From NCBI GenBank assembly GCA_964477545.1, contig CAYZEJ010000003.1:1-45754 (forward strand): 45,754 nucleotides of DNA, read 5' to 3'. Below are positions 27,501 through 35,470 of this stretch, piece by piece. The first letter of the stretch is position 1, and each line of letters begins with the position of its first letter. This DNA is from an uncultured Anaerolineaceae bacterium (GTDB lineage Bacteria > Chloroflexota > Limnocylindria > Limnocylindrales > CSP1-4). The notes beneath the pieces are model-generated. The model worked only from the letters and a program-made list of their open reading frames with translations, had not been told where the DNA came from and did not search any database. The position numbers were made by a program, and so were the translations under genes.

Positions 27501-28444
27501 TCGGTGGCAGCGAGAGCTCCCTGGGCAGCCCGGTCGTGGTGCCCGGCGTCACCCAGTCGGCCGGTGCGTACGTCTGGGTCCGCGCCCAGCTCACGGGTAC
27601 CAACCCGACCACGATCCGCATCAAGGCCTGGGCCGAAGGCCAGCCCGAACCCGGTGCCTGGCTGTTCACGGTCACCAACTCGGCCGCAGCGCTCCAATCC
27701 CCCGGTTCGGTAGGCATGCGCACGTATGTCTCTTCGGCCGCGACCAACGCGCCGGTTACGCTCAGCTTCGACGACTACGAGGTGACCGCGGCCGCGCTGT
27801 CCACGACCATCGCCGACGACCTCTTCGCGCGCACCGTCAGCAGCGGCTGGGGCAGCGCCGACATCGGCGGGCTGTATACGCTCGAGGGCACGACGGCCAA
27901 CTACAGCGTCGATGGCAACGCCGGCAGCATCCTCATGCCCGCGCCGGGCCGGACGCGCACGGCGCTGCTCAACGAGCTGTCGCAGGCCAACGTCGACATG
28001 CGCGTCCGGGTGGCCGCCGACAAGGTCGCCGCCGGGGGCCGTTTCTTTGTCTACGTGGTCGGTCGCCACAACGCCAACAACGAGTACCGGGCGCAGCTCA
28101 TCCTCAACAGCAACGGTAGCCTGTCGGTCCAGGGCAGCGCACTCATCGCCGGCAGCGAGAGCTCGTTGGGCAGCGCGGTCGCGGTGCCCGGTGTGACCCA
28201 ATCACCGGGCGCGTATGTCTGGGTCCGGGCGCAGCTCACCGGCGCGAACCCGACGACGATCCGCATCAAGGCGTGGGCTGATGGTCAGCCCGAGCCCGAC
28301 GGGTGGCTGTTCACTGCGACCAGCTCGGCCGCCGCGCTGCAGTCGGGCGGCTCGGTCGGCGTGCGCGCCTACGTCTCGTCCGCGGTGACCAACGCGCCGG
28401 TGACCCTCACCTTCGACGACTACGCGGTGACCGCGAGCCAGTGA
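24509..28444 (+). CDS. Secreted multidomain protein: cohesin-like, dockerin-like, CSLREA, right-handed beta-helix, PKD, two lectin-like beta-sandwich repeats
   Basis: Signal peptide '[17 protein letters not shown]'; 'DDGTIDVKD...[12 protein letters not shown]'; '[9 protein letters not shown]..GDGSC...[11 protein letters not shown]'; 'NNLIGG...RNVIG'; PKD '[20 protein letters not shown]'. Confidence 0.88.
   Translation: [1311 protein letters not shown]
27161..28441 (+). repeat. Intragenic tandem duplication of an approximately 215-aa domain (27161-27786 and 27809-28441); third copy at 31270-31905
   Basis: '[28 protein letters not shown]...[26 protein letters not shown]..W...FDDY.VTA' repeated. 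Confidence 0.9.
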
Positions 28445-28507
28445 GCGCGGGCTGCCGCGCCGCCGTGCGCGCGGGCAACGGATTCGGGCGCTGGCCCAGT
28501 CCGGCGC

Positions 28508-28523
28508 CTTGACTTTAGTACTA
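28508..28523 (+). promoter_or_regulatory. Conserved upstream element CTTGACTTTAGTACTA
   Basis: Matches 24410-24425; contains the TAGTACTA palindrome. Confidence 0.55.
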
Positions 28524-28611
28524 CTCGACCCGACGATCGGGGGAGGGGGATCCCACCTTTGAACGACCCCTGGCAAGAGTTCAGGCACCGCTTGCACCAG
28601 AGAGGTCCGCA

Positions 28612-31600
28612 TTGTCCCGACTGCTGATCGCCGGATCGATGATTGCCACGCTTGCCCTGGGCGCGGGCGGCAGCGGCGTGCTAGCGCGCGGCGCGGCCGC
28701 TGACGGCCTTGTTTTCTCCGTGCCGAGTCGCGCGAACACCGATACGAGCTTCGCAGTCGAGATCAGACTGCCCGCCCGCGTGGCGGCCGTCGACGGCCGG
28801 CTCTTCTTCGATACGGCCGCGGCAGAGGTGATCGGCGTGGCGCCGGACCGCGGCGGCGTCGGCATGACACCAATGGACATCGCCGGCGGCGTCGCGTTCG
28901 GCGCCTACGGCTTGACGTCCAGTCGCAGCGGTACCGTCCTGCGCATCGTTGTCGCTCCGCTTGCCGCCGGCCGCCTCCAGTTCCGCGCCGTCATCGACGC
29001 CGCCGCGGACGCTGCCGGGCGTCGTGTCACCGTCAAACGAAGCAGCGGCATCGGAGCTGTGACCATGGGCGCGGAGGCACGGACCTTTGCGAAGCCACGC
29101 AACTCTGGCCCGCGACGGCCGCTCCGTGTTCCAACGGGCACGCGCGACCTCGTCGCCGACGGCCGCCTGCGAGTGACCGATGTCGACCTCGTTCGCGCTG
29201 CCTGGGAGCAGGCACATCTGGGCGCACCCTGCGCTGCCCTGCGCAAGTCAGATGACGCCAACGGCGATGGGTGCGTCGACATCGTCGACGTCCAGGCTGT
29301 TGTCGCCGCGCAGGGCTGGCCCACGATCCGCGGTCTCGCGGTCGACCCTCGGCGCGCCGCCGTAACTTCACTGGACAGCGATGCTTCGGCGGTCGATGGG
29401 TATCGGGCAGGAGCGGTCGCTGCAGCGATCGGCTCGACTTTCACGGTGACGAGCGCGGCCGACACCGGGGACGCTGTCTACGGTGACGGCAAATGCGCCG
29501 ATTCGAACGGCCGCTGCACGCTGCGCGCGGCGCTGACGGAGGCAAACTGGCAGCGAGGCGAGAATCGCATCCAGTTCAACCTGCCCGGCACGGCGCCTGT
29601 GCCCATCCAGCTCGGCACACCCCGACTGACCATCCAGGATCGGACCGGCGGCGTTGTGATCGACGGCTACTCACAGCCCGGAAGCCGGGTCAACACCGCC
29701 AGCGTCGGCTCCAACGCCGTGCCCGGTATCGAGCTTCGCGGTACGCAGAGCTCGCCGCGCAGCAATACCTTCCGCATCACCAGCGCCAACAACACGATCC
29801 GCGGTTTCCTGTTCAACCGCAGCGACGTGACGATCACGCTCGATGGCGTGGATGCCCATCACAACCTGCTCGCCGGCAACCTGATGGGCTTTGAGCGCAA
29901 CGGCACCCCCGAGACTTATCGCGGCCACGACAACGTGTACCTGCAGAACGGTGCCCACCACAACCAGATCGGCGCGCCGAGCCTCGCCGGTCGGAACGTC
30001 ATGGGTCGTTCCGTGAAAGCGATCTACCTGTACGGACCAGGGACGGACTACAACGTCATCCAGAACAACTTCCTGTGCATGACCCCGAGTGGCATGGCGA
30101 CTGCCAAATGCTCGACTGGGATCGACCACGACTTCGGGCCGAAGCACAACGAAGAGGGAGGCACAGGGCCGCTCGAACGAAACGTCATCGGCACAACCAC
30201 CCTTAACGGGATCGAGATATCGCACGGCTGGAACCGGAGCGGAGCTGACACCGACGACACGTGGCACAACGACCACAACCGCATCGTTGGCAACTGGATC
30301 GGGTTCCGCGGGGATGGCAGCTACAGCGCCGGCTTCCGTTCTGGCCAGAACTCGCCCAACAGCAACGACGCGAACGGCGTCAACGTCTACGACGGATCGA
30401 ACTTCAACGTCGTCGAGGGCAACTGGATCGCATCCGTCTGGGATGGCATCAACACGATGATGCCCAACTCGACCGGCAACATCATCCGCAACAACATCAT
30501 CGGCGAATCGCCGCTCGGACAGCCGGCACCGCTGGGGCGCATCGGTATCAACGTGCGAACGCATACCAAGACCGGCGTCATCGAGGGCAACACGATCCGC
30601 AACGCGGCCGTGTACGGGATCGGCCTGACCCAGAGCGACGTGCTCTATTTCCGGCTCAGCCGCAACATCATGTCCGACATGTCCGGTGCGGCGATCTACC
30701 TCGCGCCAAATCCGAACGACCCGAACGAAGGCGCCAACGACCTGACGCCGGCGCCGGTCATAACGTCGGCGACCACCGCGCGCGTGACCGGCACCGGCAT
30801 TCCCGGCGCAACGGTGGAGATCTATCGCGCGTCGCGGCGGGCCGGCCAGAGCGGGCTGCCCACGCAATACCTCGCGTCGACCATGGTGGCCGGCAATGGG
30901 ACCTGGAGCGCGCCGGTCATCCTTCAGACAGGGCAGCGCGCGACGGCCCTCCAGATAGCAGAGGGCAACAACACGTCGGCGCTCGGGCGCAATGTCAGCG
31001 CCGTGTTCGAGCAGGCACCCCAGGAGCCCGTCGCCGGGTTCTCGTGGACGCAGCTCGCGGGCAACATGACGGTGGGATTCACCGATACGTCGGCTGGGGC
31101 ACCTGCGGCGTGGAGCTGGGACTTCGGCGACGGGACGAGTTCGAGCCAGCAGAATCCGAACCACAGCTATGCCACGACCGGCACTTTCACCGTCAAGCTG
31201 ACAGCCACCAACGCCGGCGGATCGAGCTCTGTCACGAAGACCGTCACGGTCAGCCCCCCATCGCAGGCATTCCTTGCCGCCGATGCGTTCGCGCGCAGCA
31301 GGGGCAGTGGCTGGGGCAGCGCCGATATCGGCGGCGCGTACACGATCCAGGGGGCGACCGCCAACTACAGCGTGGCCGGCGGTGTCGGGCGCATCGTCGT
31401 GCCGTCCGCTCGGCGCACCCGCTCGGCGATCCTCAATGGCGTAAACCAGAGAAACGTCGACATCAGCTTCCGAGTGGCGGTCGACAAGATTCCCGCCGGA
31501 GGGCGTTTCTTCGTCTACGCCACCGCGCGCCGCAACTCGAACAACGAGTACCGGCCACAGCTGGTCTTCCACGCCAACGGCAGCGTTTCGGTCCATGCCG

Positions 31601-31908
31601 GCGTGGTGCTCGGGGGGAGCGAGACCCCGATCGGCCGCGCCGTCGTCGTCCCCGGACTGACCCATTCGCCCGGGACGTACATATGGGTCCGGGCGCAGCT
31701 CAGCGGCGCCAGCCCGACGACGATCCGGATCAAGGCGTGGGCCGATGGACAATCGGAGCCCCAGGCGTGGCAGTACACGGCGACGAACTCCGCCGCCGCG
31801 GTACAGTCCGCTGGCGCGCTTGGCCTCCGCAGCTATGTCTCGTCCGCTGTGGCCAACGCGCCGGTGACTTTCAGCTTCAACGATTACGCGGTGGCCGCGA
31901 GCCAGTGA
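28612..31908 (+). CDS. Paralogous secreted protein: cohesin-like, dockerin-like, CSLREA, beta-helix, PKD, one lectin-like domain
   Basis: AGAGAGG RBS and TTG start; colinear with 24509-28444 ('[12 protein letters not shown]', '[10 protein letters not shown]', '[12 protein letters not shown]', '[11 protein letters not shown]', '[16 protein letters not shown]'). Confidence 0.88.
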   Translation: [1098 protein letters not shown]

Positions 31909-33293
31909 GCGCGGCCGTTGGCGCCGCCGTCGAAATAGATCCGCCTCAGCCCGACCCGGGCGTCAGCGTGTCCGGCGCGGCTCTCCGCGACACCGGCCGC
32001 CACCTGGCCCGCGCCGCTTCGGGCGGGTTGGCGCTGAGCGTCTTCAACACCGGCGCCACCGTGCTCGCCACGGTTCTGCTGGCGCGGGTCATGGATCTCG
32101 CACAGTTCGGGACCTACTCATGGGTGGTGGCCACAGTAGTGCTGCTGACCGTCCCCGCAGTGCTCGGCATAGACCGTCTGCTGGTGCGCGACATAGCGAT
32201 CTACGCGAGCCGCGCCGCGCACGGCCATGTCCGTGGGTTGATTCGGCGGTCGGCGCAGCTCATCGCGGTGAGCTGCGTGCTGATCGCGGCTGGTGTCGGG
32301 CTGGCTGTGTGGCTGGCGGGCGGAGCCGCCGACGCCGCGACTGTCGTGGCGCTCGCAGTTGGTATTGTCGCTTTGCCGCTGCTGGCTTACGGGCGCGCCG
32401 CGCAGTCGGCGTTGATGGGCATTCAGCACGTCGTTCTTGCCCAGCTGGCGGATCTCCTGTTGCGGCCCGCAGCGCTGCTGCTCATGGTCGGCGCCATCTT
32501 CCTTGCCGGTATCCGCCTGGATGCGGCACAGGCCGTCACACTCTTCACCGCGAGTGCCGCGCCGAGCCTCGTACTCGCGCTCATCCTCCTGCGGCGCCGG
32601 ATGCGCACCGCGGTTCCAATGGCGGAGCCTGCTTACGACTCGCGCCGCTGGCTGGGCGCCGCATTTGCACTCGCGTTGCTGAGTGGCGGCCAACTGATCA
32701 ACTCGCAGCTCGGGATCGTCCTGCTGGGACTGCTCGACGAGCCCGAGTCGGCGGGGTTGTACGCCGTCGCTCAGCGCGGGGCGCTGCTCATCGCCTTTCC
32801 ACTCATGGCGGCCGGCGCGGCCCTGGCCCCGACAGCCGCCCGGCTGTGGGCGGCTCGCCAGACGACTCAGCTGCAACGACTTGTCACGTTCGCCGCTCGC
32901 GGCGTCCTGATCGCGTCCGTCCCGATCGCGCTCGTGTTCATCTTCGCCGGCGACCGCGTGCTCGAGCTCGTGTTCGGGCCAGGCTTTGCTCCCGCCGGCG
33001 GCGCGTTGGCCGTGCTCAGCGTCGGCCAGCTCGTGAACGCCGCCACCGGATCCGTCGCAACCCTTCTCGTGATGACCGGCAACACCTGGCGCGCCGGCCT
33101 GGGCATAATCGCCGGGACAGTGCTCAACCTCGTCTTGGCTCCGGTGCTGATTCCAGCCCATCAAACCGTCGGGGCAGCTGTGGCGGCCTCGGCCGCACTG
33201 GTTGTTTCCAACGTCATCCTGGTAGTCATGGCGCGTCGGACGCTCGGGATCGACACCACGGCGATCGGCCTACCCGCCCGATTGCGACGATGA
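31905..33293 (+). CDS. wzx: Oligosaccharide flippase (Wzx/MOP superfamily)
   Basis: 'LLARVMDLAQFGTYS', 'AGLYAVAQR', 'LVFGPGFAPAGGALAVL'; about 12-14 TM segments; GTG overlaps the upstream TGA. Confidence 0.88.
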   Translation: MSAAVGAAVEIDPPQPDPGVSVSGAALRDTGRHLARAASGGLALSVFNTGATVLATVLLARVMDLAQFGTYSWVVATVVLLTVPAVLGIDRLLVRDIAIYASRAAHGHVRGLIRRSAQLIAVSCVLIAAGVGLAVWLAGGAADAATVVALAVGIVALPLLAYGRAAQSALMGIQHVVLAQLADLLLRPAALLLMVGAIFLAGIRLDAAQAVTLFTASAAPSLVLALILLRRRMRTAVPMAEPAYDSRRWLGAAFALALLSGGQLINSQLGIVLLGLLDEPESAGLYAVAQRGALLIAFPLMAAGAALAPTAARLWAARQTTQLQRLVTFAARGVLIASVPIALVFIFAGDRVLELVFGPGFAPAGGALAVLSVGQLVNAATGSVATLLVMTGNTWRAGLGIIAGTVLNLVLAPVLIPAHQTVGAAVAASAALVVSNVILVVMARRTLGIDTTAIGLPARLRR

Positions 33294-35149
33294 CGGTCGC
33301 CGCTCAGGCGAGTCCGGCCCGGGCGCTGGCCGCGGGACCGTCGACCTGGTCATGGGGCGCCCTGCCGCTGTTGGCGCTCACAGCAGCGCTCGGTCTGCTG
33401 GCTGTCGCCGCCGGCAACCGTGCCGCGCAGGTCGACGCGTGGTGGGCCCAGATCGCGTTCTACGGCGGCCTCTTGCTGCTGGTGCTGCCGATTGGCATAC
33501 GTCTCGTGCTGCCCGGCGCGGAGGGCACCGAGCGCGTGAGCCTGGTTACGCTGCTCGGCCTCGGGCTCTTCGCGGCTAAGGTTCTACATGACCCTCTCCG
33601 AGTGGGCGGCTACGACGAGTTCCTGCACCTGCGAACAGCGCAGGACATCCTGTCCAGCGGCACCGTGTTCACGCCCAACACGCTGCTTGGCGTGAGTCCC
33701 TTCTATCCCGGACTGGAACTGACCACGACTGCGTTATCGAGCATTTCCGGCCTCGCGATCCATGAGTCGGGCATCATCGTCCTCGCCGCGGCCAGGCTCG
33801 TGTTCATGGTGAGCCTGTTCTTCTTGTTCGCGATGGTGTCGGGCAGCACGCGAGTGGCTGGCATCGCGTGCCTGGTCTACATGACCAATCCGATGTTCCT
33901 GTACTTCAACGCCGGCTTCTCGTACGAGTCGCTCGCCCTGCCGCTCGCAGCATTCGTCGTCTATCTGCTGCTTCGACGCGGCCACTCCGGTCCGGCACGC
34001 TGGACGGGGCTGACGACCATCGCGTTCGTGTCCCTCGGCGCCGTCGTCGCGACCCACCACGTCACCTCGATCATGCTCGCCGGGTTCCTGGGCCTGTGGG
34101 CGCTCGTCGGGTGGCAGATCGGGCGTCGCGATCGGTCCAGGCCTGGCCGAATGGCGGTAGCGAGCGTGCTTCTGATCACCGGCTGGACATTGCTCGTGGC
34201 GACGGCCACGATCGGCTACCTCGCGCCCGCGCTGACCGCCACATTCACCGAGCTGTTCCGGCTGATAGCGGGCGAAGTCGAGCCGCGTGCGCTGTTCGTG
34301 TCGCGGATCGGGCAGGTGGCGCCGGCGTGGGAGCGACTCGTTGGCGCCGCGTCCGGCGGCCTCATCGTGTTCCTGCTGCCGTTCGGGCTGTTCGTCGTGT
34401 GGCGCCGATTCCGGTCCAACACGGCGATGATCGCCCTGGCGCTGGCGGCCGCCGTCTACCCGCTGACACTCGTGGCGCGCCTTACCCGGGCGGGAGCCGA
34501 CCTGTCCGGTCGGACGCCTGAATTCCTGTTCATCGGCATCGGCATCGTCATCGCCCTGGCCGTTGTCCGGTTGTCATTCGACGGCAGCCTGGGGCGATTG
34601 AAACTCGGTGCCGTAGCGGCCGGGCTGGCCGTCCTGCTCGTCGGCGGGATCATCGTCGGCATGCCTGGATGGGCGAGGCTGCCCGGTCCATACCTGGTTT
34701 CGGCCGACGGCAGATCCGTTGAGACCGAAGGGATCGAGGCCGCGGAATGGGCCCGCAGCGTGCTCGGTCCGGACAACCTGATGGTGGCCGATCGTGTCAA
34801 CACCATCCTGATGTCAACCTACGGCCAGCAGGAGATGGTCACGACATACGAGACGCGGCTTCCGATACGGCGCCTCTACCTGACCCCCGATGTTGGTCCC
34901 GTACAGCGGCAGATCGTGCGCGACGGTGGCATCAGATACCTGGTCATCGATCGACGCCTGAGCACCGGCCCACCGGCTGTCGGACATTATTTCGACCGCG
35001 GCGAGGGGCGCCTCCGCCAGTCGCTCGACGAGCCCATCGAGGCCGAGCTTCTCGCCAAATGGGATGCCCAGCTCGACATCAGCCGCGTCTACGACAGCGG
35101 GAACATCCAGCTGTACGACGTTTCGGGCCTGGCGGCTACAACCGACTAA
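33290..35149 (+). CDS. Polytopic membrane protein, putative glycan polymerase/GT-C transferase (DUF2206/DUF6541-like)
   Basis: Many TM segments; first-loop 'GGYDEFLH', 'FYPGLE', 'FSYESLAL', 'THHVTS'; C-terminal soluble 'IRYLVID...RVYDSGNIQLY'. Confidence 0.7.
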   Translation: MTVAAQASPARALAAGPSTWSWGALPLLALTAALGLLAVAAGNRAAQVDAWWAQIAFYGGLLLLVLPIGIRLVLPGAEGTERVSLVTLLGLGLFAAKVLHDPLRVGGYDEFLHLRTAQDILSSGTVFTPNTLLGVSPFYPGLELTTTALSSISGLAIHESGIIVLAAARLVFMVSLFFLFAMVSGSTRVAGIACLVYMTNPMFLYFNAGFSYESLALPLAAFVVYLLLRRGHSGPARWTGLTTIAFVSLGAVVATHHVTSIMLAGFLGLWALVGWQIGRRDRSRPGRMAVASVLLITGWTLLVATATIGYLAPALTATFTELFRLIAGEVEPRALFVSRIGQVAPAWERLVGAASGGLIVFLLPFGLFVVWRRFRSNTAMIALALAAAVYPLTLVARLTRAGADLSGRTPEFLFIGIGIVIALAVVRLSFDGSLGRLKLGAVAAGLAVLLVGGIIVGMPGWARLPGPYLVSADGRSVETEGIEAAEWARSVLGPDNLMVADRVNTILMSTYGQQEMVTTYETRLPIRRLYLTPDVGPVQRQIVRDGGIRYLVIDRRLSTGPPAVGHYFDRGEGRLRQSLDEPIEAELLAKWDAQLDISRVYDSGNIQLYDVSGLAATTD

Positions 35150-35295
35150 ACCGGTCGACTGGCTCTCCGGTCGGCTCGTCGGCGCAGCGAGTGCGTGTTT
35201 CCGGCGGTCCATTCGGGGGACATCTACAGGGACCTTCAGGCGCTGGTGCGGCCACGCCCTGGGTGCGATTCTCCGCACACCGGTAGTCCGGTGAA

Positions 35296-35372
35296 CCGAA
35301 AAGGCACAGCCGTCGCGAGGCGGCGTCGCAAAGCCACGGGTCTGCGCGAGCAGGCAGCCGGGCCGTCGAAAT
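35296..35372 (+). ncRNA. c-di-GMP-I (GEMM) riboswitch, apparent U92 variant
   Basis: CCGAAAA-GGCACA-GCCGTC-GCGA-GGCGGC-GTCGCAAAGCCACGGGTCT...GCAGCCGGGCCGTCGAA matches the GEMM-I layout (P2 with GNRA loop, CGCAAAGC junction, P3, P1); about 100 nt upstream of a CDS. Confidence 0.82.
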
Positions 35373-35470
35373 CGCAGGACGCTTCTGGGTCGTCTGGAGA
35401 CGCGTTCCTCAGGTGCTGACGCCCGACCGTCCTCACGCCTTCCCGCGGAGAGGAGAAGGCGGTCGATATC

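Noticed and set aside
30261-33289. 1000-aa versions of the flippase (from 30261) and the membrane protein (from 32120)
   Set aside because: The N-terminal extensions are off-frame read-through of upstream genes; coupled starts at 31905 and 33290 fit better
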